Positions 20,491-33,466 of a stretch of 64,000 nt of DNA are shown piece after piece. Origin of the DNA: Zygnema circumcarinatum SAG 698-1b (lineage: Eukaryota > Plantae > Zygnematophyceae); assembly GCA_037447605.1 (NCBI GenBank), contig CM074811.1, forward strand, positions 124,001-188,000, in the 5' to 3' direction. Below the pieces are notes generated by a model. That model made no database searches. It saw only the letters and a list, made by a program, of their open reading frames with translations, and was not told the DNA's origin. The position numbers and the translations under genes are program-made. Position 1 is the stretch's first letter. Every line of letters begins with the position of its first letter.

Positions 20491-23400
20491 TTAAGAGGTA
20501 CATTCGTTCGGCCCCTCTCCCCTCTGCTGCTGCTGCTGCTGCTGCTGCTTCCTGAGGCGGCGGAGCAGATACCATCGCGCGTGGCGCTGCAGGGCGAGGG
20601 CGAGGAGGGCTTTGGTCGCGGTGGCGGCGGCCAGAGAGAGCGCGAGCAGCAGCGCGCCCGCCAGCGCGCGCCACCAGGGGGGACCCTCTGGGAGGAGGGC
20701 GAGGTACAGCGGGGCGAGGCCTCGGATCACCTGCGTGCCGGCCGCCCATGCGCACTGATCAGCGCCGTGGCTGATTCACTTTGACGTAAACACTTTTTGT
20801 CTCCTCACGGTGCAGTATCCAGTTGATGCTTCCGACAGTAAAGCAGTTCCTTCCGCTGTTTTTTTTTAACCGTACATTTTTTCCTCTCGCTTGCTGACAC
20901 AATCGTTTTAGGAGCACCAATCAAATCTCCTTGACAGGAACAAACAACTGCGCACTTCAGCAGGCAACGCCTAGCAAAAATCTGCTAGATAGAACGGAGG
21001 AGGTCACAGTGGAGAAAAACATTAGACGAAACGTACTTCTCCCACAAAAAGGGGAAGGAGGGTAAACGCCACGCCCTAGAGAGGAGAGAACCCATACCAC
21101 GCAGGCAGGCGCGAGGGGCACAAATGACATAGTGCGGTGCACGTGATGGCTGCGGCTCTCCAGTGTCTGCGTGATGCATCCATCGAGTGTGGCCTCCACC
21201 ACTGTCAGATAAACGCTCTCTGCAAAGCGGGGTGATTTTGGATTGCTTCCGACAAGCCTGGCGGCGGAGTTTGAGCATAGAGAAACCTGCCTGCCGGCAT
21301 AGCGAAAGCAGAAAGTCGGAGTAGGTCTCGGGCTTGATCTCGTTGAACTTGGCGAGGAAGGCGTGCTTGAGCAGGTCCACCAGCACCTCACAGACGACCA
21401 CCATGGCCGCATTCTGCCTCCCACGCAATCCCAACAGCCCCGGGTCAGCATTGCCCCACTGCGGCCCCTGCGAGTAGGAACACGAAGCACAAGTCTTGCC
21501 ATGAGTTTGGGACAACGCTGCACAGGGCAACCTCACCGCATAGAACACGAAGAGGGACGCCTCCCCCTTGACTATGTTCTGCACCAACACAAACAGCAGG
21601 CATGAGGCGATGTGGAAGCGCTCCACCGTGTCTGTCCCGCACAGCGCGCCCCCGCCCGCCACATGAGCGGCCTGCAAACGCTGGACTTGCCCACAGGAAA
21701 GATGAAGTCGCGCGAAAAAAAAAAAATTTATCATTTTAGAGATTGTATGGCTTTAAAAATTGAACTACTTGCCCGCCCTGCGGCCCCTCCCGCCGAGACT
21801 GCGGAGGGAGGAAGGGCAGGGCGGCAGCGGGAGGGGACCGAGCTCTATGGGGTGCAGGTGGGGGGCCTGCCTACCTAGGTACGCCATCTTGTGCACGTTC
21901 TCGCGGGCAAGCCGCTTGAAGACGTTCCCCTTCACCTCCGTGAAGTTGTTGGAGACAAGCAGAGTGAGCAGCGCGTTGCTATGGCTGTTGATGGCCACGT
22001 TCAGCGCAACCGCCTGCGACACGATGATCATCGCGTGGGCTAGTGGGCGAGTGCTGTCAAGGGGTAAACATCAATAATTTTTGGCACCAAAGTTTCCTTA
22101 CAATGCACAAGGGCAAGGATACACTGGCAGGGCCGAGGACCTTGGACACCGGTCAGCGGTCAGAAAGGATATGAAAGCACATGAGCGCGACGCACTCGTC
22201 GAGCAACAGGAGCATGGACTCCTTGAACAGGCGGTTGACGGGACACGTGGCCACGCGGTCGGCCATGTTGAACACCACTTGCAGGACATCTGCTCCGAAG
22301 GACTGGCAGAGCTTGTCCAGGATCTATCCAGCCAAAACAACGGCAGCAGTATTAACGAAAGCAAGTCATAAAGCAAGCAATCATGCATAGCTAACGCGCC
22401 TTTAACAGAGATAGCTGCTAGACTGATAGCATTCCTGAAGCCATAAACATCACCTCTGAATGAAAGGGAGTCTCTCACCTCCAGCACATTGTACACCACA
22501 TAGAGCTTGATGATGGCCTGCCCCCTTATCCAGTGGTACAGCAAGCTAACATCTGCAGCCACCACCATTTGATTAGTCGACATGGAGGAGGGCGCGTGCC
22601 TGCAGAGGTCGCACCCATGAGGCAAAGAGACCTGCGTTGCCTACCTGCCTGTTGTAGAAGCATTACTCCCAGAGTCAGGACCACCAATCGCGCCAGGTCA
22701 CACAACTCATGGGCTTGTGGTCGAACAAAAAACCTGCACAGTCGCATGAATGCCACGATTCCTCAAATCGTAGCTAGCAACAGTTTCACCCCTGCGTTAG
22801 CAAGAGGCACAACAAGCTTTCCAGCTCAAGTGTATGACGGTGACCCATGGAAGTCGTTCAATGGAAGATACCAACTCACCTCCGACTACTAAGCCGCCTG
22901 TAGAGCATGAGAAGTAATCGGAATGGCAGCACAGTGAAGAGGGACAGAAAGGAGTCGAGACAAACGCATAGGCCAACATCGATAAGCTGCGCGCTCAGTC
23001 TCCACACAGCCAAACACAACAACTTTGACGTTTCAGCTTTCAACAAGGACATGGCTTTCTTTCAAAGCCTCCTGCTTTCCGAACTTTTCTTTCGGCTCAC
23101 TTACCCCCTAGAACTTGAAAACAGGCAGCTGTGTTTGAACTTACTACAAGTTCACACAAAAAGATGAAATGAGATGCTGGAAGCCCGTAAAATTTCTCAA
23201 CCAAAAACAGGCTGTAGAATACGCCTGTCAAGCAGGTTGTAGACATACCAGCTCACATCGCCATGGTACATGGAACATTGTATTGTATACCCGCTCTCGT
23301 TTTGGATCCCATCCAGGAGAGGCCCCATCTCGCAGGCTGCTGGAGCCTGCTACTTCTCTCGTCAAGTAGCCTATGACTGATGAGTCCACCGGGGCCATTG

Positions 23401-24262
23401 CTGCTCCCCTCAGTTTCAAGAATTGGCACCAAAAGAGGGCCTTGTGAATACTCTGCCTCAAGATGGATCATATGCTGAACCGTTCCCGTGTGTAGAGTTG
23501 CACAGCTGCGCTCCACACACCTGCCTCTATGCATAGACAGCCATTTCCATGCGTGATGATGACCCAGGCAATGGACAGAACAGAAACAGAAACAGAAAGC
23601 TTCAAAGGGTGCTCACCCGCTTCATTAATTCCGAGAAGAGAGTGCTCCTTCTCCCAGTCTACCAAGCGGGGAGTTTCCACGACCGCAGCCGAAGACTTCA
23701 GCGCTGAGGCAGCCGGCTGTGAGCTAGGCGTATCATAGCGTGTGATGTCATCCATTGACGGTAACTGACGCAATGGAGTGCCTCCTGCCTCACCGGCTTG
23801 CCATCTACTTACTCCGTTCTGCATTTGACCATAGCCGCTCCGAGAATTCCAGTGCTCCTCATCCGCGTTCTCGTTTTTAGACAGAGCAGGTGAGGAGACT
23901 TCACCCGCTCCAATTTGCAAATTCCTTGGGCCGAGGTCTGCTTCCGAGACAGAGGAGTCGGGCATGGGGGATTCTCCTTGTACGTCCCATCCAGAATTTG
24001 ACCTAATGCGATCGCTGACATACCGCGTGACGGGCCCCTCTCCAGAAGAGGCCAAACTGCCGTCAACGCCACTACCCTTCTGCCTCGATCGCGGCTTTCG
24101 CTTCCTCCGCTTCAAATTCTGCGTTCCCTCAGCTCCTCCAAACCGCGGCTCCAAGCCGGAGCCATTTTCACGCCAGCCAGCATCATCACTTGCATTCTCT
24201 CCTTCCTCTGAGCGCGTAGAAAGTACCTCAAAGAAGCTACCTTGCCGCTCGCTGCGCCCCAT
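20491..24262 (-). CDS. POD1: TAPT1 / POLLEN DEFECTIVE IN GUIDANCE 1 family ER membrane protein (DUF747)
   Basis: Multi-exon. RERVYNTMFHVPWRCE, IRGQAIIKLYVVYNVLE, SHSNALLTLLVSNNFTEVKGNVFKR, DTVERFH, VDLLKHAFLAKFNEI, SFVPLAPACV; poly-Gln near the C-terminus. The terminal exon boundary is less certain. Confidence 0.88.
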
Positions 24263-24722
24263 TGAGCTGTTGGCGCCCCTCGCACCCTAACCTCTTTCAA
24301 CCTGTGTGCAGAGGAGTGAGAGCGTCTAGCGCTGCCCCCAGAAGCCTCCCCTCTCCTCCCGCCGCCTCGCGGGGAGCAGGCGAGCCCGGCAGCGAGGGAG
24401 CGCAGGACTGTGCGCCGTCGTACGTGTTACTGCCGCGCCAATTGGCTCTGCCGACGGACTGCCGCGTGGCAGGAGGTCAAGTGACGGTGACTTATACTTT
24501 TACTGTGACTGAGACACATAGAAACGACTCATGGAAGCGGCCATGGAAACTGGAACTGTAACAGGAGTGCGCGAGGGAATAGGGATGGCCATTAGAACGC
24601 AGTGGCGTGCATTAGAATTAGAATTCCAATTAAGAATTCTAAAAGTCAAGCCGTTTTACAACACTTTAGAACGCCCAGGGAGTCGTACGAATGTGCAGTC
24701 AGTCGTACTGTACTGTACAGTA

Positions 24723-25154
24723 CAGTCAGGGGTCCTCGTATTTACCGCCCTGAGGAGTGCGTCCCCAAGAATTTCGCCCCGATTTTGCCGAAACCACCTT
24801 TTTGTACGGTAACTTCGTGTTACCGTACTGTCCGTACTAGTTGTACTAGCCGTTACGGGCTTACGCAAAACTCACCTAATCTCCCCGCACTTGCCGCCGT
24901 AAGAGGCGCTCGCTCTTCTCCCCTTCTTCTTGGCTTCGATACGATACGATATGATACGATACGAAACGCCCCGATGTAGTATCCGATACAGTACGATACG
25001 ATATGATATAGTACGGTACGATACGTACGGTCCAACATGAACTCTAACATAATACCGCCCGTCTATTGGTAACACGAACCTTATATATGCAAAATCAATA
25101 TTTTCGCCTCATATTGGCCAAAACCAGGGTGGAAAATATGAGGACCCCTGACTG
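24723..25154. mobile_element. Non-autonomous DNA transposon (MITE, Tc1/mariner type), 432 bp, TA target duplication
   Basis: 30-bp TIRs, 27/30 identical: CAGTCAGGGGTCCTCGTATTTACCGCCCTG (24723-24752) versus the reverse complement of 25125-25154. TA at 24721-22 and 25155-56. Confidence 0.85.
24937..25026. repeat. Imperfect (GATAC/GATAT)n pentamer repeat inside the MITE
   Basis: cgatacgatacgatatgatacgatacg...gatacgatatgatatagtacggtacgatacg. Confidence 0.85.
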
Positions 25155-26097
25155 TACTGTACGTCTGAACTGTACGGTCAGGGCGAGCGCAATTCAAGTT
25201 AGCGGGTGTTCAACTTCAATGGTCGTAAGGTCATTCTAAAAGTGTTCTAAGACTCTGAAACTTTAGATATTAGAACGTTCTAATTCTAAAAATTAAACTT
25301 TAAAAGCCGCTTGTACGGAAAATGTACATCCCTTCACTCGACACATCGCATCGTGGAAGTTTGAGATGAGGGCTGCATTTGGGGCACGCTGAGAGAGCGC
25401 TTCCTCTAGACATTACCGCAAATGAATGGCGAATGCACACATGGGCCGCCATGAACATCGTCCTCGTCAACCACCAGCAGCCTTGCTCAAGTGGAGGACA
25501 AACACACAAACAACCTGAAAGACGGCCTCAGATATGACAACTAGAGCCACCAGATTGGATTGCATGAAAGTGGCGGTACAATCCACGAGAACGTTTTGAT
25601 AGAGCTCTCGCCAATTATCTCTCCCCCCTTCTTGCCACCTATCGTTTGCCTCAATAATTTGTGCAGCGCCCCAAAAAGTCTGCCGATGGTGAGCTAGGGA
25701 TCTCGACAGTCTACAAAGACCTCCGTAGCACCAAAATCTTCAAAAAACCTCTTGGAGTGGAAACATTGAAGGTAACGCCAAAGCAAGGCACTCAGCTCCA
25801 GTGTGCGAGCCACAATGGCCACGTCGATTCTCATCGAGTACTGGGTACTCGAATGGGTTCTGCTTCAGCCCCAACTGCACTTGTACCGCACTCATTGCAA
25901 GCACTAGAAGACTGAGAGGTTCTGAAAGGGCCGGGCTGACTTGCATGTCATGGCGTAACATCCATACGTGGTCATGGCCATGTATGGCAGCTCCAAAAGC
26001 AGCATGTAGCTTTTGCCATTTTGAGCTTGTCGTGCTGCACATTGCGGTCAACTTTAACGCCAGCTTCTGCATTGTTGCTTGCGAACGGCCCCGAACG

Positions 26098-27459
26098 TTA
26101 CTGCAGAAGGGAACGCAGTGCTGCTACTGCGTTCCCTCTATGCTCCCTCAGCAGCCTCTCTGCCACCTTTTTGTCCACCTGCACACCCCATGCCAAGCAG
26201 AAACAAGCTAGTTTCAGTGAAGTACCTGGTAGTCTGGCCGGCTCATGTCCTAAGAGAAGTTCACAATGGTGCAGCCACAGGTGAACCATGGCTCCAAAAC
26301 AAACTCTGCTGCAGAAGCCGGACACGTGAAGCTCTGATTTCATCACGCCTTGCACTCTGTCATAGTTACCTCCATTTCGCTGGCGATAACATCCACCTCT
26401 GCAGGATCAATCCTTACAGCTGCTAGTTCTTTTTCCCTGCAGCAGTTCCCGTGAAGGAACCTTATTAACAAGCAGCGAGCTTGAACGCAAGTAGGCTGAA
26501 AAAAGTCCTCAGTCCTCTGTGCACAAACTCACATGGCTTCTAAAAAATGGAATGACACTGTATGTTAAGGTCTCAGACTATCCAACCTGGAGAAATCTAA
26601 AAAAGGGGACGAGTTTCTTTGCATATGCTCATAGTTAAGCGTCCAAGTTTCTACCTCAAACGTTGTGCATTTCTATCAGCCTCTGCTTCAGCTGAAATGG
26701 ACGCCATCGCCTGCAAAACAAAAGCGCTGATGTCAATTTAAGAGCAAGCATCCGTTCGAGCGCAAATGCAATGCAACCACTCGTGGGTTATTAACTAAGC
26801 GCATTACGAATACCTGATAAGCGCGCCCAAATTATAAGCCATCATTAACGTTTACAAATAAAACGGTCATCGTGATGTCTCTTGCAAGTGTGTAACGACC
26901 GACCACGACATTGAATGCCTGCCTGCAACTGATCAAAGCTGAAAACCGAGACAAACAAGACACGCCTGTCTGCAAGTCCACAAACTGGTATGAAAACGTT
27001 GCCCTTGTTTTGAAACACCCAAGACTGTTGACGGCCTGAATTTTCCAAAATTCTTATGTGGTCTAACATGTTGGATTCCTGGGAGCCAATGCCGTTCGCG
27101 GCCCCTCGTCTCATTTCTTCTATTCGAGACTAACCATGATTTCAAACGCTAATTCCCTCTCTTGTATTTTTAAATCCAACTCAAAAGAGCAAGCGGCATT
27201 TGTGTGAGTTACCAATGACAGCTATAACACGTCCAAGTCAGCGGAACTGATTCATCATGCCTAACTCACTTGTCCTTTCGCCTTGACATTGAGAGCGCTT
27301 GTCTGGGATGGTAGAAAGGACTAAGCTCACCTGCTCCACACGCCTAGAATCGAGTTGACGGTCCTCCACATGGTCAGTGATGGAGTCCAGCGCCCTGCTC
27401 TGCTGTTGCAGATCCTTCGAGGCTTCCTCTCGCTCCACCTCCTCCGGCTCTTCCGCCAT
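26098..27459 (-). CDS. HYPK: Huntingtin-interacting protein K (HYPK)-like, NAC-alpha-type UBA C-terminus
   Basis: Four exons give MAEEPEEV...SRALDSITDHVEDRQLDSRRVEQ / AMASISAEAEADRNAQRLR / EKELAAVRIDPAEVDVIASEME / VDKKVAERLLREHRGNAVAALRSLLQ*. Confidence 0.88.
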
Positions 27460-27653
27460 CGCTTCCACCTCTTTAAAAAGATATGTCTTTAAAGTCTCCC
27501 TTCAGAACTCTTCCCAGTCAGCAAAACGTGGAAGCGGAGAGACGGACAGCAGTCACCGTCGACGAGGGGCTGACGAGAACTCAGCGCCGAGCAGAACCCT
27601 AAAGTGTACTGCAACCTGCGGGGCCTTCAATTCATACTGGAGCCCGACGTCCT

Positions 27654-27742
27654 GCGGCTACGGCTACGGCTGCGGGTGCGGGTGCGGGTGCGGCTGCCAT
27701 GCCATGCCATGCCATGCCATGCCATGCCATGCCATGCCATGC
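27654..27742. repeat. Compound microsatellite (GGCTAC)n-(GGGTGC)n-(GCCAT)9
   Basis: Nine GCCAT units at 27696-27740, preceded by hexamer runs; lies upstream of HYPK. Confidence 0.9.
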
Positions 27743-28493
27743 GGACATGCGCCCGTGCGGCTAATCGGACCGGATCACACAAGGCGCGACTAGGCATGGC
27801 CGGTCGGATGAAATTATAATTTTTTACTAGAAAAAAAAAAAAACCCTACTCAAATATTGCCATCTTAGGCGCGACGAGAGCAGAGAAGTTCCGGACACCG
27901 AACGAAGAAGAGCGGCTGACGGCGCAGGGAAGGCTGAATGGCGCTCGTTCACGGCGGGAAGGGACGCCGGCCATGGTATGAGAAGGAAGCAGGTGACAAA
28001 AGGATGAGCAAAGGCTCCAGCTACCAGGCCAGGCCAGGCTGACAGAAAGGGCATTTAAGGCCCCGACGGCCAACAACAACGGTGATGCAGTATTTGCATC
28101 GAGCTCCATACAGATTACAGGCCTCCCATTCCCCGTGAGCACATACTCATGAAATGTGAAGAAAACCAACAAGGAATTCATTTCGAGGACAGTGTCGAAC
28201 GATGTTGATTGCAGAGCCCAACGACATGAAACACAGACAAAGTGTCACATTCAATCAGTGATCAGCACACGCTCGTCTTCAAACCGACAACCGCCACGCG
28301 AAACATTTGAAATTGGCGAGAAATGGGACGTAACCCCTTAATGCCAATGGTCGCAGCAGCGAACCGGGCCGTGGGCTTGACCCTGATCGGCCTCAGGGAG
28401 TCATCACCCGGAAGAACGACATATCTGATCGCCCAAGTCCCTTCTTTCCTTGCCAAAACAAAGCCGCATAAAGGAAGGTGCTCCTGCTGCTGC

Positions 28494-31400
28494 TCAGATC
28501 CCGGTGACCTGCCGCAGGGCAGCTATTGCGTCAGTTGACTCGTGGCCGATGACAGTAAAGCGCGATCGCCGCCCTCCAGTTGCCGCTGAGGGCATACCCG
28601 CGCCCTTGTGCCGCGGGCCCTTGAGCTGCAGAACTTGCTGCGCCGTTGAAGACGATATACCTTTCTGCAGTCGCAATCAAAAGCAAATGAATCACACAGT
28701 CTGAACAAAACCTCAGCAAAGACCCTCCTAAGTTTGCATCCATGTCCATAGGAGTAGAAACTGCTCCTAATGGGACCACGGTGACCGAAGTTTGGGGTGT
28801 TACCCCGGCAAAGTATATCTTTGAAAATGATCGAGGTCGTAGTGCCTCCTCCAGCAAGCCATGCAGCTCCTGCACCCTCACGCATTGCAGAAGAATCTCA
28901 ACATGATGGGACAGGAATGTGACAGGAAACTCCGGTATACAACGTGCATCAAAGAAAACGAATCTCCACGGCAAGAGCGAGCCCTGCAGCACACTGCTCA
29001 CTTTTCGCATTCTACGGAGCTCCGCAGTTTCACGCTTGCTTGCCCCGCCTTCGTCATCATCCTCTCCCGGCCGCTGCTTCTTCTTGTTCTTTCCTTCCTC
29101 CATTCCCCCCGCATCGAGTTCCAGCATATCTGAGTTTCGCTGAATCCAAGTCTTCTCCGCCCTGATCTGTAGCACCCGCCACCTTTTGCCAGATAAACTA
29201 TCGGGCACTACCACCAGCTCTCCGTTACAATCCAGGTGGTAGTAAGGCATAGGAGAGCGAGAAGGCCAGATAGTTCAAAAGGGCTCACCAGCGAGCCTTT
29301 ACGCAGTTTTTCATCAAGCTTTCGTGCCATCTGCACGCACTTGCGAATCTGGGGGAGATATGATGCATCCACTGGAAATTCTGGGAGAGCACGATCCTGC
29401 ATTAACAAGCAACAACAAAAAGCATATGCTCTGAATTGGATTTCAGAGGTGAACACTTCTAGAGGAAAACAGTAACCTTCATCTGGGTCGCACACAGTAG
29501 GTGCGAAGGCGGACTATAAGTCATGAGAACAGCCGGAAATATCTTCACTACTTCGAAGAAACCTAGATGCTTGACGCGTGCTTTTGTAGCAGCACCTTAG
29601 AAAGCGCTCGCATCAGCGCAGAGTACTTTGCGCGGTCTTTAGGAGATATGAGTGCAAGACTGCAGCCATCAGCTCCGGCACGAGCCGTTCTCCCACAGCG
29701 GTGCACATACACCTGCATCGACCCACCAGAAGGATGATGAATGAGTGTCCGTACTGCAGGCAGAGCATCATACCCGAAGAATAGGACACGAAATTGCACA
29801 GAAATTGGCATTTGGATGATGATCAACCATTCTGCATTAGAACTCTGGAATGCGTCAAGCTGATGCTTCACCAGACCGTGCCCAGGGACCGACCTCAGCA
29901 GAATGCGGCAGCTGAAAATGTATAACTGTGCGAATGCCGGGGATATCAAGTCCGCGAGCTGCCACGTCAGTAGCCACAAGGATTCCATCCAAGGCTTCCT
30001 TGTACCTGTCCAGCGCCTAATGGTCGCATCCCACCCCACCTCCATGCTCAGTCACGTAAACCCTTCCTTCTGATTGGGCCGAAACAGCAATGACAAAAAT
30101 AAGAAGAAAGCCCCATTGCCATTGTCGGAAACAAACACGACACATTATCTCCAGCAAATGCACCCACTTTACTTGCGTCTGAGTCAGCTGGTGGGAAGAG
30201 AATCGAGGGAAAAAAAAAGGCGTTAAGGTTTCTCAGTCCTCGGGTTTTCTTGTCAGCTCGAGTAACCTAGTCATACTGAGGCTTTACTGAAAGTCATCCA
30301 TCATCCAGAAAACTATTCCTATGCCTTTCTCGAAGTGCGTAGTGTTTGAGGAGGAGCGTGAGCGCATGCATGCTTGCCTTGAGTCGCTGCTGCTGCTGCA
30401 TCTGCGCGTGCAGCGGCCATGCGGGCACCGCGAGCAGCTGCAGCAGCGCGGCCACGCGGCGCACTGCGGCCACGGAGGTGCAGAACACGAGGGCGCGGCC
30501 GCCCCCGTGCATGCGCGCCATGTAGTACAGCAGGGCGTCCTTCTCCTCCTCCACGCACCTGCCCACGCACTCTCTCTCGCATGCTGTTGGCAGCAGGGGC
30601 AGCAAGGGCAGCAGGGGCAGCAGACCTCACGTGGGAGAGCACTCAGTAGCGTAGGAAAGGAAAAGGAAGAGTAGTCAAGCCAAACCTCACCTATTTTGTA
30701 CTATTTTGTATTTTGCATTGCCCTGTATCGCGATGATTTTGTCAAATTCACTACGCAGACTACCCTTTTTACGTTTCTTTTCATGGTCGATTTGATATGG
30801 AAGCTCACCCTTCGTAGCATTAGTCACTCTTCAGTGGGAAGCTGAGATAATGTATAGCCAATGCACCACAAGCCCAAAGGGAAGTACTCACTCTATGGCT
30901 GCCTCCTCCAACTTGCTGGCAACCACGTCCTTGGTGGTGAGGTCGACAATGGCTGCATTGGGGCTCATACCCACGTGTTGAATCAACGCAGCTACTGTTT
31001 CCGGTCCATCAATGCCACCTTTCCGCCTCCCGTCTTTCCTTTTTAGCTTTTTCCGAAAACCGTCCGGCAGTGCGAGAGTGGCCGAAAACACCAAAGTCTG
31101 TCGTTTCTTGAAAGCTAGGTTTGGTTCTAATCCTGCTTCCACGCCAATGACTTCCGACACTACTTCTGGAATGTCTTCATTGCGTTCAGGAGCAGGATTG
31201 CCGGAACGCGGCTCACCACGCACCGGCAATTGCTCAATGATTGTTTGCAGCTCGCTGAAATGTCCTTTCTCCACCATGCGATCAGCTTCATCCAGCACGA
31301 AGAAGGATAATTGATTTAACTGCAAGCAGACACGGTACAGACCTTCATAAACCCACTGCCATCATCGCATATCTCCCCATTAACCCTAACTCACATTTCA

Positions 31401-33466
31401 CAAAATTGATCGAATGCCCATGAACTAAAGTACCCCTCACTTTGTACATGTGAACCCCAAGCAATCCCGTTTTGACTGCAGGTGGCCTGGCTACAATGAG
31501 GGAGAAATCCATCGTATAATATGTAGCTCACTTGTAGGAGATGTGGCTCGCCTGCGCTCATGAGCTCCCAAAGGCGACCTGGCGTCCCTACCACCACCTC
31601 GGGTCGCATGCGAAGGAGGCGCTGCTGCTTTTGGGGGGCCATGCCGCCCACTATAGGGACCACTCTAACATCCGCATACTTTGCTGCTGCTCTCAGATGT
31701 TCCGATACCTGGCAACTCAAAAAAAAAATGATATACGTATTTACGACTTGAATGACGTCAATACTGACCGATGATAATACCCGGGAGAAACATTCGCCAA
31801 GGCATACCGCCATAGCACAACTTTGCAGATGGTTTAAGGCAAGGTTGCAACAAAAGATTTAACCGTAAGAACCTATGCTCCCAGCCGTATTCAGGTAGGG
31901 AGAGTGGCCGGATTGACGTATGAAGCCGCTGAATACCTGCAGTGCCAATTCCCGGGTCGGGGCCACTACCAGCGCCCGAAGTGCTTTGTTTTGCTCATCG
32001 GCGGAGTCGGCTGCAGCGCCCATCCCCCTCTGCCGGACAGCCTTTTCTCGCTCCTCGAGCAGGCGTTGCAAGATGGGAAGGCCGAACGCGAGTGTCTTCC
32101 CAGAGCCTGTTTCTGCAGCTCCTACCAAATCCTGCACACAATACCGCCATCGTTAGCATTGTTCCGCGACATGACCCCGTTGCTCAGCCTGGAACCTATG
32201 CAGCACGATGATAGTCAATGATGCATGTCGCAGCTAGAGCTGCCGCTGATGTTCACAACTCCCAAACGATCACAGCTTCTTTTCAGACGATTGGAAGGGA
32301 CTTCACATGTGTCTGACAAACAAACAAACAAACAAACAAACATCAAGTCCCAAGAAACCAGGTCGAATTTCAAGCATCAGGAGTGAAGTTCACATAAAGA
32401 AGCTCAAAGCCCACTACTTTTAGTGAGAGTATCGAATAGCTTCGATCAGCCGAGCCGAGCCGCACCTTGCCTTGGTGAGCAGCAGGCGGAATGCATGCCT
32501 CCTGGATCGGTGATGGCTTTCTGAATCCTAACTCTGCCAGTGCCTTGATTAGCAATGGATGTAGACGCAAGTTCATCCAGGCCTCCATAGCTACCTCCCC
32601 ACGTTCTGGGCCCTCCTCTGTGCCTTGGGCGCCTACATCCCCTCCATTTTCAATAGTATTTCCCTTTGTGATACTCTTACGAGGTCCTTTTTTCTTCTTC
32701 TTCTTTGTCGTCTTTGCATTTCGTGACACCTCATTGAGCACTGCAGCTTCAACAGGAGCATCATCAACTGCTGATTCCGCACCGTCTGAAGCCTGCAGCT
32801 TTGGATGCGGCCCTGAAGCCCTCCGCTTTTTTGCTCGCCCCTGCTGTCCATCAATTCGCTCTTCTACGGCTTCAGCTATTTTCTCTTCTATCTCTCGACC
32901 ACTTTCTTCAGTTCTTTCACCTGACCTCAAGGTTCTCTTTTTTCTCTTCTTGCTTGATTTCTCTTCTGCAATGAAAGGAGAGGCCACTCCTACTGCTGGA
33001 ACTTGTTCTGATAACTTTCTTGTATGGGCAACCTTTCCTCCCTTCCTTTTCCGTTTCGGGCTCTCTTTCAATCTATCAGTTTTTCCAGCTTCCGCCCCTG
33101 TCGATTGAGATGACGAAATAAAAACCTCGCCATCCATCTCCTCCAGGCTCATGAAGCCTGTAGAAAACCCCTCTAAGTAAATTAGGATACTTCTTGCACC
33201 CAATAAAGGAGGCCATTAACTCATTCCTCTTCCGCTTCATGACGGCCCAGTTGGATTACAAAGCCCTAATTCATTTTATTCTCCAGAACTATGCCAAAAA
33301 AGACAAAAGCGGAGGCGCTCATAACCGGCAGTAACCTGAAAATTGTCATCTCACCTCCTTCATCTCCCAGCATCAGCTCAGGAGCATGTGCTGGTGTCAC
33401 ATCCCTCCATGACATGCCGGATTTTGCTCGTTGTGACTGCTTTTTCTTCTTCGCTGAGATCGCCAT
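28494..33466 (-). CDS. RH13: DEAD-box ATP-dependent RNA helicase 13 (DDX24/Mak5 orthologue)
   Basis: Helicase motifs in order: Q motif (GFRKPSPIQ), [54 protein letters not shown]-terminal GFMSLEE and Lys-rich tracts are typical of the DDX24 clade. The 3' exon structure is partly uncertain. Confidence 0.9.

Noticed and set aside
27973-28330. GCC-ATG|GTATGA suggesting a small plus-strand gene divergent from HYPK
   Set aside because: No splice combination I tried gave a recognisable or sizeable protein, and the downstream region looks like the RH13 3' UTR on the other strand. Stranded RNA-seq would settle it.
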